This document shows positions 38,038-48,044 of a DNA stretch of 52,345 nt, in pieces (within the stretch, counting starts at the first letter, position 1; each line of letters opens with the position of its first letter). Made by a program: the position numbers and the translations under genes. The notes below the pieces were generated by a model. It was given only the letters and a program-made list of their open reading frames with translations. It was not told where the DNA came from and searched no databases. Origin of the DNA: an uncultured Parcubacteria group bacterium (GTDB taxonomy: Bacteria; Patescibacteriota; Minisyncoccia; UBA6257; 2-01-FULL-56-20); NCBI GenBank assembly GCA_903911245.1, contig CAIWCR010000017.1, forward strand, positions 1 through 52,345, in the 5' to 3' direction.

Positions 38038-39207
38038 TCAAAACCGTGTTTCCCAAGCTTTAATAACACCACCTGCAACACAATCCCATGACAATCCTTC
38101 CGCTGTTTTCCGAGCGTTCGTTCCAAGCCTTGAACAGAAATCTCCATCGCCAACAAGTTGTTTCATATAAAACGCTATCCTTTTTACATCGGCTGGATCA
38201 TCCAGAAAAAGGCTATCGTTTCCATTTTCAAGACACTCACACGCACCAGCAAATGCCGGACCAGACGTTATAACGGGAATCCCTGCTGCCATTGCTTCGA
38301 TGATAACCACTCCAAAAATATCTTCAAGTGTCGGAAATACAAATGCATCAGCCGCGGCGCACCAATCCTGAAAATCACTTCGCGCCCCAATAAAGAAAAC
38401 TCTATCTTCGATGTGAGAATTTTTTATTATTTCCCTAAGCGACTCAGGACTATCCTTTCCTGCAACAATTAACTTCACTTTCCGATCACTAACTTCCGCG
38501 AGCGCCTCAATGGCATATTTCAATCCCTTTCTTTTAAATTCATGCCCCGAAAACAGAAAGAGGAAATCATCTTCGGCAAACCCCTCTCTTTTCCGAAGAC
38601 TTTCTCTCATGGCCTTGTTTGGCGAAAATCCCCTTGAATCAACGCCCGTATAAACAACCTTAATTTTCTTTTCTCTCACGGCATACGCTTTTATTATCTC
38701 CCCCTTTGCCTTATTCGAAATCGTAATAATCTGCTTGGCGCCAAACAGAGCGGCAAACCCCTCAATGGCTATAATTACAATATTAAGAGGATATACTGTC
38801 CGTCCACAACGACGCAGAAAACCTTTTATCGTCTTCGGCTCCCTCTCGTTCGAAGCCCTAACTGATTGGCGATGTACGCTATGCATAACAAAAATATCGC
38901 AAAAAAACGAAGGGAGCCCACTTACTATAAACAATCCGTTCGGACTTTTGTTCTTAAATCGAAAATAAAGATAAGAAACTTTTACGGCATTCACCAAAAC
39001 GGTAAGCGGGCGAAAAAAAAGATTGGTATGAAGCTCGATGACTCCATCAAGATCCTTCATGTCGTAGTCGATTTTGGTGACAATTACTGAAACACTATGC
39101 CCAGCACGCCGCAATGCCTGTGCCACTTCGACATTATAGCGTTCAATACCGCCAAGTTTATTGTAACGACCCGCCGAAATACAAATTGCCTGTTTTGTGG
39201 CGTTCAT
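38038..39207 (-). CDS. GT4 glycosyltransferase
   Basis: KRKGL, EDIFGVVIIEAMAAGIPVI. Confidence 0.9.
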   Translation of the reverse strand: MNATKQAICISAGRYNKLGGIERYNVEVAQALRRAGHSVSVIVTKIDYDMKDLDGVIELHTNLFFRPLTVLVNAVKVSYLYFRFKNKSPNGLFIVSGLPSFFCDIFVMHSVHRQSVRASNEREPKTIKGFLRRCGRTVYPLNIVIIAIEGFAALFGAKQIITISNKAKGEIIKAYAVREKKIKVVYTGVDSRGFSPNKAMRESLRKREGFAEDDFLFLFSGHEFKRKGLKYAIEALAEVSDRKVKLIVAGKDSPESLREIIKNSHIEDRVFFIGARSDFQDWCAAADAFVFPTLEDIFGVVIIEAMAAGIPVITSGPAFAGACECLENGNDSLFLDDPADVKRIAFYMKQLVGDGDFCSRLGTNARKTAEGLSWDCVAGGVIKAWETRF

Positions 39208-39229
39208 ATAACCGTTTCTAATGTCGCGT

Positions 39230-40138
39230 TTATTTTTTCGGACGACATTTATTTAAAAATCGATAAAATCCATACGGAAAACACGAAAGAAGAAGCAAAA
39301 ACATCGATCGTGTGCCCCCTCCTCTTTTTAACGATTCTGAAAAATATTTCCTCGCGTCTCCGGTTCGTCCGGCAAGCATACAAAGATGTCCAAGCTGTTG
39401 CTGTCGGAAAATGACCGCCTTTTTATCTTGGGATATAATTGAAAAATTCTTTTCCAAAACATATTCCAGAGCGCTTATCTGCATACCGAGCTTCTTAGAC
39501 ATGTTTTCCTTGCTTATATTTCCAATATGGAGATTATAGGTCACCAACGGCTCATCCAAATAATATCCTTTCAAAAAATGTCCGCGCACCGTCCAATCGT
39601 TATCTTCCATGGTATATCTGAGGTAGGTATTTTCATCAAATAATCCAATCTTATCAAATGAGCTTTTTCGATAAAGAAGCGAACTTAGCGCACCCATGCT
39701 GATGCCCGCAAGCTTGCTTGGCGAAAGATCGGCAACAGGATGAAGTCTCTCGATTTTTCTTTTTCCTTTTTTCTCATCAAAAACAACATTGGCGGTGTAG
39801 CAAAAATCATATTCCTTATATCGCTCCATAACCGCAATCTGTTTTTCCAATTTCTCCGGCAACCACTCGTCATCAGAATCAAGAAAAGCAAGGTATTCCC
39901 CTTTTGCGCTCCTAATTCCAACATTACGCGCCGTACCCTGTCCGCCATTCTCTTTGTAAAGATAGTGGACACGAGGATCCTTCTCACAATACGCCTTCAT
40001 GACTTCTGCCGTACCATCTTTAGATCCATCATCAACTACAAAAAGTTCCCAATCTTTGTATGTTTGGCCAAGTATGCTTTCCACGGCTTTCGATATCAAT
40101 CTTTCGCGATTATAGGTTGGGATTACGATACTAATCAT
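39230..40138 (-). CDS. GT2 glycosyltransferase
   Basis: ISIVIPTYNR, VDDGS, FLDSDD. Confidence 0.93.
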   Translation of the reverse strand: MISIVIPTYNRERLISKAVESILGQTYKDWELFVVDDGSKDGTAEVMKAYCEKDPRVHYLYKENGGQGTARNVGIRSAKGEYLAFLDSDDEWLPEKLEKQIAVMERYKEYDFCYTANVVFDEKKGKRKIERLHPVADLSPSKLAGISMGALSSLLYRKSSFDKIGLFDENTYLRYTMEDNDWTVRGHFLKGYYLDEPLVTYNLHIGNISKENMSKKLGMQISALEYVLEKNFSIISQDKKAVIFRQQQLGHLCMLAGRTGDARKYFSESLKRGGGTRSMFLLLLSCFPYGFYRFLNKCRPKK

Positions 40139-40203
40139 AAAATGATAGCTGTTATTTTATGTAACTATTATCTATAGTACTCTTTGTGTTATAACATAAC
40201 TCA

Positions 40204-41055
40204 TTATTTGAACAAAATATTGTCAGATTCCTTGCGGTTTTTAAGGCGGGATATCGTTTCAGGAACTTCGTTTCCGTCTTTATCAATCGCATAAAGCGAA
40301 TATCCCATTTCCAAAAGCACGTCCACGGCCTTGAAATATGTTTCCTCTGGTAAAAATTCCATAACGATCTTTGGCTTATGTGAAAGCGTTAAAGACGCAC
40401 CTTTTATAACATCATTTTCTCCTCCTTCTACGTCAACCTTCATAAGGGTGGGAAATATCTTTTCACAATAACAATCAAGGGTGACAACTCTTACTTTTTT
40501 GATTTCGTGCTTGGAGCTCTTCTCTTCTTTCCCAATGCTTACCAATAGCCCGTTGTGCTCTTTTCCAGAATCCAATGAAAGAAAATCTGCCTCTCCGTCA
40601 AATGCGCCAACCGCGGCATTATTCAGAATAGCGTTGGGACAGTTTTTCGATAAAATTTCGAACACTGAAGAGGTCGGCTCGAATGAATGTGCCCGTGCGC
40701 CAAGACGGCTAGCAATTACTGTATAATAACCATAATTGGCGCCGATATCAAAAAAAATATCGTCCTTGTTTAAGTTTTTTATAAGATATTTCGCCAATCT
40801 GATCTCTGGATCGGCGCTCAGAAGTCCACACAAATAAAAATCCATGTAATATCCCTCCGTAAAAAACGAGTCTCCCGTGAAGAGCCTATTTTTGACAACG
40901 TATCTCAACTGAAACGCCTTATCAAGAAATTTAGAAAAAACTATTCTGAGAGGATATTTTCTTATTTTTTCCAATGGACCTGTATTAAAAATCCCTTTCC
41001 CTTTTTCATATTTTACAACAGCCTCCTCAAGAGAGGACAAAAGATTTTGTTCCAT
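40204..41055 (-). CDS. FkbM family methyltransferase
   Basis: FDIGANYG, FEP, KVDVEGGE. Confidence 0.9.
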   Translation of the reverse strand: MEQNLLSSLEEAVVKYEKGKGIFNTGPLEKIRKYPLRIVFSKFLDKAFQLRYVVKNRLFTGDSFFTEGYYMDFYLCGLLSADPEIRLAKYLIKNLNKDDIFFDIGANYGYYTVIASRLGARAHSFEPTSSVFEILSKNCPNAILNNAAVGAFDGEADFLSLDSGKEHNGLLVSIGKEEKSSKHEIKKVRVVTLDCYCEKIFPTLMKVDVEGGENDVIKGASLTLSHKPKIVMEFLPEETYFKAVDVLLEMGYSLYAIDKDGNEVPETISRLKNRKESDNILFK

Positions 41056-41074
41056 AAAATTCCTGTATTTCTAA

Positions 41075-41821
41075 TTATAAAGGCTTACATATAAAAACCT
41101 CTTCACAATCACAATAGAGCTTGCAATCATAAGGCGCGATCTCGTTCAGAACCCTGGGGAGCTCGGTTTTATCTTCCGGTTTGTGATAGGCAGACATGGC
41201 AATAATTGGTTTGCATCGTTTTATTGTCTCAGCAGCACCCTTCAAGACGTTTGCTTCATAGCCTTCGGTGTCGATTTTAATGAAGTCAACGGAAAAACTT
41301 AGAGAATCAATGGTCTTCATTTGAATAGGAGTTCCGCCTTCGCCGATATGATTCTGTCCCGGATCGGAAGTAATGACAAAAGACGACATTCCATCCTTTT
41401 CGCCAAGAGCAGAACCAAACACCTTTATATTCGAATAATAACGTGCGTTCTCTTTTAATGCTTCAAGTGTTGCAGGGGTCGGTTCAAAAGCATAGATAGT
41501 CGCGCCAGCATACTTCGAAGCGACAAAAACGGAAAACATGCCTAGATTCGCTCCTGCATCAATAACAATTGCGCCATCTTTTATCAACTCGGCATGATAC
41601 TGATTTGAATCAACTATCTCTTGCTTCAAAGAAGCGAACCCAAAATCCCCCCCATCGGGAACAATGAATTGGTTGCCAAATAATTTCTTTATTACTCTTC
41701 TTTTTTCCTTTATAGAACGCCAAGAATACGGAAGAAGGGCCTGATAAAAATCAAAAAAAGAAACCTTCCCTTGGAGGAAAAATTTCAACGCATAATATCT
41801 GAACATTATTCTCTTTTTCAT
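41075..41821 (-). CDS. FkbM family methyltransferase
   Basis: IDAGANLG, FEP, KIDTEGYE. Confidence 0.9.
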   Translation of the reverse strand: MKKRIMFRYYALKFFLQGKVSFFDFYQALLPYSWRSIKEKRRVIKKLFGNQFIVPDGGDFGFASLKQEIVDSNQYHAELIKDGAIVIDAGANLGMFSVFVASKYAGATIYAFEPTPATLEALKENARYYSNIKVFGSALGEKDGMSSFVITSDPGQNHIGEGGTPIQMKTIDSLSFSVDFIKIDTEGYEANVLKGAAETIKRCKPIIAMSAYHKPEDKTELPRVLNEIAPYDCKLYCDCEEVFICKPL

Positions 41822-41843
41822 ATTGGCTTCATATTACCATGAC

Positions 41844-42575
41844 CTAGAAAGTAAGAAAACTAGGATTTTTTCTAAGATATTCTTCCACCTCCTTCCATTT
41901 TTCAAACGTGTCAATCCCCTTTGAATAATCAATGCATTCGTATGCGTAAAACAATTCCCCGCGGAAAAGTATATTGGGCAACAATTGCCTTCCGATTTCA
42001 TAATATTTTTCAGAGGGAACGTCTGCGAGAATTTCTTTTTGTAAAATAAAAATCCCGCGCATACGATAAGCATTTGAATAGGTCCTCGAATGAGGCTTCG
42101 GATGGACAGCAATAAATTTTTCGTTTTGATCAATCTCGGCGACATCAGCATCGTCATAATGTTCCGTCTTTGTCATTCTCTGCATTCCAATAGCGCACTT
42201 CTTTTCATTCCACGCATCCTCCATCCTTCCATAATCAACCAAACTGAAAGTATCCCCATATATCAAGAAAAAGCTATCATCAAGCATCTTTTCGAAGCTT
42301 TTCACGCCTCCGGCAGTGCCCAATATTTCCGGCTCAAAATGATAATGTATTTTTACACCCCACCGGGAACCGTCACCAAAATAATCCGTAATAACATCGG
42401 GCAAATAGTGGAGGTTTATAAAAAACTCTTGGACACCGTATTTCTTGAATTGCATAATGTGCCACTCAAGCATTGGCTTGCCAAGAATCGGAATCATCGG
42501 CTTCGGCATTGTGTCGGTATATGGACGCAAACGCGTACCAAGTCCCGCACAAAGAATGACTGCCTGTTTAATCAT
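41844..42575 (-). CDS. Sugar-1-phosphate nucleotidyltransferase (HddC-like by context)
   Basis: LCAGLGTRLRP...PKPM, LGTAG, YGD. Confidence 0.85.
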   Translation of the reverse strand: MIKQAVILCAGLGTRLRPYTDTMPKPMIPILGKPMLEWHIMQFKKYGVQEFFINLHYLPDVITDYFGDGSRWGVKIHYHFEPEILGTAGGVKSFEKMLDDSFFLIYGDTFSLVDYGRMEDAWNEKKCAIGMQRMTKTEHYDDADVAEIDQNEKFIAVHPKPHSRTYSNAYRMRGIFILQKEILADVPSEKYYEIGRQLLPNILFRGELFYAYECIDYSKGIDTFEKWKEVEEYLRKNPSFLTF

Positions 42576-43156
42576 TTTTTTGTTTCTCTTTTAATAATTG
42601 TAGCTGCTGTAAGAATGTTTTTTGCTATAAAATCAGGCTTCCCATTATGCTGCCATGAATCTCCTCCTCCATGTCCCGTCTTTACCAATATCATTTTTAC
42701 TTTCGCACGATTGCCGGCCAAAACATCTTGAGTGCTATCGCCAATAAGAAAACTTTTTTTGAGATCGATAGAATGTTCTTTTGCGGCCTCCAAAATCATT
42801 CCTGGTTCAGGTTTCCTACATGTACAAACTACGCGATATTTTTTCAGATTAGCATTCGCATGATGAGGGCAAAAATAGAAAGCATCGATGCGGGCATCCT
42901 TTTTTGAAAGCCTTTTGACAAGAACATCATGAATATGTACCACTTCGTTTTCCGTAACAATACCGCGCGCTACCACCGGCTGATTAGTAACAACGATAAC
43001 CAAAAATCTAAGCTTGTTAAAAAGTTGAATTGCCTCTGCGGCGCCAGGAATAAGCCTTATTTGATCTGTTCGAGAAAGAAGCTCAACTTGGTGAATAATG
43101 GTCCCATCTCGATCAAGAAAAATCGCTGGATGCCTTACTTTTGTATTAATTCCCAT
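42572..43156 (-). CDS. gmhB: Heptose 1,7-bisphosphate phosphatase
   Basis: FLDRDGTI, TNQP, CPHH...CRKP, GDS. Confidence 0.9.
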   Translation of the reverse strand: MGINTKVRHPAIFLDRDGTIIHQVELLSRTDQIRLIPGAAEAIQLFNKLRFLVIVVTNQPVVARGIVTENEVVHIHDVLVKRLSKKDARIDAFYFCPHHANANLKKYRVVCTCRKPEPGMILEAAKEHSIDLKKSFLIGDSTQDVLAGNRAKVKMILVKTGHGGGDSWQHNGKPDFIAKNILTAATIIKRETKK

Positions 43157-43740
43157 GTTCCTTTCCTAGACTGAAACTTCGGATGAGACACAATAAGATG
43201 CAACACGACCGACTGAAACGCTTCAGAATGCGGGGTTACTGTATTGGGATTTACAACGGGAACAATAACGCACGCATCGGCAATTTTTGCAGTATATCCT
43301 CCATCACGACCAACAACGCCAAAAATTTTCGCCCCAACTTCTTTTGCAAATTTTAATGCTTCAACAATATTGGTACTTATATTACTATCCAAGCTTCCTC
43401 CACCAACCGACAAAACGAGCACCGCGTCATTTCCGCTAAGACGACTAACCGAAAGCCAATTGGAAAACGCCGTATGAAACCCATCGTCATTCGTTCGTGC
43501 GGTAAGCTCCGATACATTATCAACCGGCGTATACGATTCGATTGAAGCAAGTTTTCGAAAATCATTTACTGCATGACTTGCTTGCCCGGCACTCCCACCA
43601 ACGCCCAAGAAAAAAAGTCTCCCCTTTCGATCTCGAAGATCCCTTAGCATCTCTATCATTTTGTTGATTTCATTCTGATCAAGCTTTTCCGCAATAGCCT
43701 GCGTCTCTTTTAAATAAGAATCGATATAATCTTTATACAT
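43135..43740 (-). CDS. SIS-domain phosphoheptose isomerase (second GmhA-like)
   Basis: GVGGSA, HAVND, TND, SVGGGS, HSE. Confidence 0.85.
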   Translation of the reverse strand: MYKDYIDSYLKETQAIAEKLDQNEINKMIEMLRDLRDRKGRLFFLGVGGSAGQASHAVNDFRKLASIESYTPVDNVSELTARTNDDGFHTAFSNWLSVSRLSGNDAVLVLSVGGGSLDSNISTNIVEALKFAKEVGAKIFGVVGRDGGYTAKIADACVIVPVVNPNTVTPHSEAFQSVVLHLIVSHPKFQSRKGTWELIQK

Positions 43741-43751
43741 ATTTTTATAAT

Positions 43752-44480
43752 TTATGATTCATAAAGGGTATATCCGACTTTCTGCCCGTCATCATAAAAC
43801 ATTTTGACCGTTTGTACCGAAAACTCATGGAGATCGAGTCCAATATTTTCCATTTTTTTCAAAATGTCGGGCGATACCGTAATAATATCTGAACCGGCTT
43901 CTTCGGCATGATAAATATTCAAAAGCTCACGCGGACTTGCCCAAAGAAGCTCAAAATTCGGGTTATCGGCCAATAGCGCCTTTGCTTCTTTCATCACTGG
44001 AAGAGGATCAATTCCCGTATCTGCGATACGACCGGCAAAAACAGAAATAATTGCGGGAACATCAACACGCAATGCCTTTTTTGTATTCTCAACCTGCTGA
44101 AGCGTAAAAATTGCCGTGACATTCAGTTTTATTCCATCATGAGAAAGCTTTTTAATAAGATCGTACGACGGCTCCTTTTTGGTGTTCATAACCGGAATCT
44201 TTACATAAACATTCGGCGCCCATGAAGCAATCAACCGCGCCTGGCGTTCCATCTCAACAAAATCATCCGAAAAAACCTCGAACGAAACCGGTCTGTCTTT
44301 TATCTCTGCAAGAATTTCTTTCGCGAATCCAGCGTAATCAGTAACTCCCGCCTTACGCATAAGCGTCGGATTCGTAGTAAATCCTTTTATAAGGGGGTCA
44401 TTGGCAAGTTCCAATATGCTCGCCTTCTCTGCCCCATCAGCAAAGATTTTTATATTCAGTTCCTCTATTTTTTTAGGCAT
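43752..44480 (-). CDS. tal: Transaldolase (short type)
   Basis: FADGA, GFTTNPTL, YVKIP, NVTAIF, SVFAGRI. Confidence 0.88.
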   Translation of the reverse strand: MPKKIEELNIKIFADGAEKASILELANDPLIKGFTTNPTLMRKAGVTDYAGFAKEILAEIKDRPVSFEVFSDDFVEMERQARLIASWAPNVYVKIPVMNTKKEPSYDLIKKLSHDGIKLNVTAIFTLQQVENTKKALRVDVPAIISVFAGRIADTGIDPLPVMKEAKALLADNPNFELLWASPRELLNIYHAEEAGSDIITVSPDILKKMENIGLDLHEFSVQTVKMFYDDGQKVGYTLYES

Positions 44481-44490
44481 GATATGGAAA

Positions 44491-45477
44491 TTAAAGGTCG
44501 ACAAGAATTTTTGATCCTTCAAAATCAAAGCGATATCTCATTTCACGCAAACCAAGCTTTCTCATCTCCTCGCGAAACGCGCGATGATTATTCGGAACAT
44601 AAAAAGCGAAAAAGCCTCCTCCTCCAGCGCCAGAAATCTTGCCACCCAAAGCGCCATGCGAAAGCGCCTCGGCATAAATTCTATCAAATTCAGGATTGCT
44701 CATTTTATTCGATATCTTCTTCTTGTGCTGCCAATGAGCATCAAATTTTCGGCCCACCATATCAATATCACCGCTTTCCACGGCTTCAAGAATCTCATAG
44801 CCGATTTCTTTGATGTAATGCATGCTTCCAATCACTTCTTTCTTGTCCTCCGCGGCCGCTTTCGTTTGTTCGCTCAAAATTATATCGGCGCTTCGCGTAA
44901 CGCCGGTAAAGAAAAGGAGGATGTTTTGATTAAGTTCGTCAGCAACCTCCATAGAAACATTCGCTTTGCGGACTTTCACGCTGCCATCTTTTCCGATATC
45001 AATAACCGTGAGACCCCCAAGAGCTGCCATATATGGATCCTGTTTTCCGATTGGACGCTTCAAGATTTCCGCCTCAATTTTAAAATCTTCTTCCGCAAGC
45101 TGACTGAGAGAAATATATTCATGTTTAAGCGCGTGTATCGCGTGAAGCAATCCTACAGAATAACAACTCGATGAACCAAGGCCAGTTCCAGCGGGAACAT
45201 CCGCAAGAGAACTTACGTCAATATTGTTTTCTATTCCAGTAAACCGAAGAACTTCTTTTGCGATGTCATGCTGAAGATCATTAATGTGTTCTACGGTTTC
45301 CGATTTTGAATACTTAACACGGACCAGAGAGTCGACAAAGGGCCGGGCCACATCAATAAACATATACTTATCGATTCCAGCGGCAAAGATAAATCCCCCA
45401 TGTTTTTCGTAATACGAAGGTAGGTCAGTGCCACCGCCGCCTAATGTTACCCGAAAAGGGGTTCGCGTAATAATCAT
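44491..45477 (-). CDS. hddA: GHMP kinase, heptose-7-phosphate kinase (HddA-like)
   Basis: TPFRVTLGGGGTD, PAGTGLGSS, GKQD, GAGGGG. Confidence 0.85.
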   Translation of the reverse strand: MIITRTPFRVTLGGGGTDLPSYYEKHGGFIFAAGIDKYMFIDVARPFVDSLVRVKYSKSETVEHINDLQHDIAKEVLRFTGIENNIDVSSLADVPAGTGLGSSSCYSVGLLHAIHALKHEYISLSQLAEEDFKIEAEILKRPIGKQDPYMAALGGLTVIDIGKDGSVKVRKANVSMEVADELNQNILLFFTGVTRSADIILSEQTKAAAEDKKEVIGSMHYIKEIGYEILEAVESGDIDMVGRKFDAHWQHKKKISNKMSNPEFDRIYAEALSHGALGGKISGAGGGGFFAFYVPNNHRAFREEMRKLGLREMRYRFDFEGSKILVDL

Positions 45478-45591
45478 TTAATTTATATATTTCATATTAT
45501 TACCTTATATCACGAATGGTAAACCCGTTTTATCAATTTGTAAACCTAATAAATTTTTGCATATTCCCATCTTTTTGCTATACTCTTTCGG

Positions 45592-45978
45592 ATGACTATC
45601 GATGAATTCCAAAAAGTCGACCTACGGGTCGGAAAAATAATTTCAGCGGAACGCGTAGAGGGCTCGGAAAAGCTCTTAAAGCTGCAGGTTGATATCGGGG
45701 AGAAAAAATCGCTCTTACCAGGCGCTGATGAGGAGATTTCGCCAGACGGCAATGGGGAAGAAATTCCTACAACGCGACAGATTCTTTCTGGCATTGCAAA
45801 AGCATACGCTCCGGAAGATATGATCGGAAAAGAAGTAGTCGTCATCGTAAATCTTGAGCCACGCATGATGATGGGCATGGAAAGCCAAGGAATGCTTCTT
45901 GCGGCGCACGGCGAAAATGGAGAACCAGTACTTCTCGGAGTCGAGCGAGAAGTGAGTCCTGGGTCGAAGATCAGTTAA
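45592..45978 (+). CDS. tRNA-binding OB-fold protein (MetRS C-terminal/Trbp111-like)
   Basis: FQKVDLRVGKI, RQILSGI, NLEPR, SQGMLLA. Confidence 0.88.
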   Translation: MTIDEFQKVDLRVGKIISAERVEGSEKLLKLQVDIGEKKSLLPGADEEISPDGNGEEIPTTRQILSGIAKAYAPEDMIGKEVVVIVNLEPRMMMGMESQGMLLAAHGENGEPVLLGVEREVSPGSKIS

Positions 45979-46006
45979 AAGAAGTTAGAAATTGAGACTG
46001 GAAGCA

Positions 46007-46033
46007 TGGATCCCGGCCTTCGCCGGGATGACA
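46007..46033 (-). repeat. REP-like palindrome
   Basis: tggatcccggc-cttc-gccgggatgaca. Confidence 0.78.
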
Positions 46034-46078
46034 GAAGGGAAAATAAAGAAAAAAGAAGAAATACAAACTCTAAAAACT

Positions 46079-46570
46079 ATGAAAAAGTCGATAAATATTA
46101 TTATTTTTATTGTGCTCGGCATTGCGGTCATTAGCATTGGTATGTGGTATAACGGAAAAGTTTCAAACGAGAATCAGGCTGTTGCCACCGAACAAGGCAT
46201 GGCTGCAAAACAAGCACAATCACAAATTATGGAAAACCTCAAAACTGAAGATTTAGTCGTCGGTACGGGCGCAGAAGCAAAAAATGGTGACACGGTCAGT
46301 GTAAACTATGTCGGCACACTCGATAACGGCACAAAATTCGATAGTTCATACGATCGGAATCAGCCGTTCAGTTTCCTCTTGGGAGCTGGACAGGTAATTA
46401 AAGGATGGGATATGGGCGTTCTCGGCATGAAAGTCGGAGGAAAGCGCACGCTTACCATCCCCTCGGAACTCGGCTATGGCGCAAGTGGAGCCGGTGGCGT
46501 CATTCCCCCGAATGCAACATTGCATTTTACGGTTGAACTTTTGTCGGTCGGAACAAGTACTGCAAAATAA
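46079..46570 (+). CDS. Membrane-anchored FKBP-type peptidyl-prolyl isomerase
   Basis: FDSSYDR, VIKGWD, ELGYG, IPPNATLHF. Confidence 0.93.
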   Translation: MKKSINIIIFIVLGIAVISIGMWYNGKVSNENQAVATEQGMAAKQAQSQIMENLKTEDLVVGTGAEAKNGDTVSVNYVGTLDNGTKFDSSYDRNQPFSFLLGAGQVIKGWDMGVLGMKVGGKRTLTIPSELGYGASGAGGVIPPNATLHFTVELLSVGTSTAK

Positions 46571-46589
46571 TAATTGCATTTTCGGATTA

Positions 46590-46621
46590 TAAAACAGCCG
46601 CCCATGTGGGCGGCTGTTTTA
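46590..46621. terminator. Bidirectional intrinsic terminator
   Basis: aaaacagccgccc-atgt-gggcggctgtttt between convergent genes. Confidence 0.85.
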
Positions 46622-46631
46622 TTTTTAAGCA

Positions 46632-47888
46632 TTAAAGCGGGTAACGAATAATAACAATACCCGAGCCGCCAGCACTGCCACTATTTGGGCTACCAGCACC
46701 ATCTCCTCCATTACCAGTATTAGCAGCACCACTGCTTGCTCCTCCCCAACCATCACCACCACCGTTACCACCAGTGGCATACATAACGGACGATCCGCTA
46801 ATAGAATATGCTAATCCAGAGCCTCCGGTGGTATATCCTCCATTATTCTGAACTGAGTTAGAACCAACCGAACCAGCTCCACCGCCACCGCCACCTGTCT
46901 GTGCGGTTGTTGCAGAACCATTAGCATATCCTCCTGAGTTTCCCTGACCAGAAGTACCCACTCCGGGATTTCCTGGGTTCGAATATCCAGAGGCGCCGCC
47001 GCCAGACCCGCCGGTAGCGCCACTTCCACCAGAATAGTTACCGCCTCCGCCTCCGCCTTTTGCCGTTATGCTTGAAAAAATGGAATCTCCGCCGTTTGGA
47101 GCTGAACCGCCATTCGATGTTGCCCCTGCGCCACCAGCACCGACGGTAATCGTATAGCTCCCTGGTATGACCGAAAGAGAAGAGACATAAACCAACCCTC
47201 CCGCGCCACCGCCACCGCCGACAACAAGTGCCTCAACATTACCACCGTTGGTGACCGTAAAAGTGCCGCTTGTCGTAAAAGTATGAATGCGATACCCCCC
47301 GACATCAGCAACTGTGCCGCCGGTTGCAGAAAAAGAGCCAATACCAATCCACGATCCATTATAGTATTCAATTTTCCCTGTGGTTGTATTCAGTCGAATC
47401 ATTCCACTTGCAGGACTCGAAGGACGCTGCGCGGTCGTTCCGGCAGGGATTTTTATAGAACCCGTACCGGCAATATCCAGGCTGGCAGCCGGACTCGTTG
47501 TTCCAATACCAACACTACCAGAATTGGTTACTGTTATAGCAGAAGTTGAACTCCCACCGTTGTAAACATCAAGATTGAATCGATTACTGGTATCGGTACG
47601 AAGCCCCCAATAGCCGTTACTGCCCAGAAACTCGCCACCCAAGGCGGTATCTGATTTTGCCTTGCTGGAATAGACCGTTCCCGTCACTTCAAGCTTCTGA
47701 CTCGGGCTATTCGTCCCTATCCCCACATTTCCTGCGGTGTAGTACATAGAGGTTCCACTCAAGAGCCAGAAGATGGGATTACCATTGGGAGGTTGATTAG
47801 ATCCAGGACTTGAGAAAGCAAAGCTTGCTATCGCTCCTGCAAAGGAGCCTATGAGGATACTTAAGAAAGGTGTTTTGAGCTTATTCAT
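46632..47888 (-). CDS. Exported fibre-like protein with VGIGT repeats and a glycine-rich C-terminal domain
   Basis: N-terminal hydrophobic segment, GNVGIGT/GSVGIGT, IHTFTTSGTF...VVGGGG...GGSGIVIIRY. Confidence 0.8.
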   Translation of the reverse strand: MNKLKTPFLSILIGSFAGAIASFAFSSPGSNQPPNGNPIFWLLSGTSMYYTAGNVGIGTNSPSQKLEVTGTVYSSKAKSDTALGGEFLGSNGYWGLRTDTSNRFNLDVYNGGSSTSAITVTNSGSVGIGTTSPAASLDIAGTGSIKIPAGTTAQRPSSPASGMIRLNTTTGKIEYYNGSWIGIGSFSATGGTVADVGGYRIHTFTTSGTFTVTNGGNVEALVVGGGGGAGGLVYVSSLSVIPGSYTITVGAGGAGATSNGGSAPNGGDSIFSSITAKGGGGGGNYSGGSGATGGSGGGASGYSNPGNPGVGTSGQGNSGGYANGSATTAQTGGGGGGAGSVGSNSVQNNGGYTTGGSGLAYSISGSSVMYATGGNGGGDGWGGASSGAANTGNGGDGAGSPNSGSAGGSGIVIIRYPL

Positions 47889-48044
47889 GAAGATACAAGA
47901 GCAGAAGCGGTTGATTATAGGAATTATTATACTATAGATGAAGAAAAAAATATTCATTTTTATACACATCTCGCATAAAATATGCAAAACAATGGACCGA
48001 AATCATATTGGCCCAACGACCTAGAAAATGGTATTCTTCTCTAT

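Noticed and set aside
45725-45770. CTGATGA...GAAA inside the tRNA-binding protein gene
   Set aside because: No stem II closes before GAAA and no stems I/III form; the sequence is coding.
45992-46078. N-terminal extension of FKBP in the ORF track
   Set aside because: It translates a REP palindrome; ATG 46079 gives a normal signal-anchor start.
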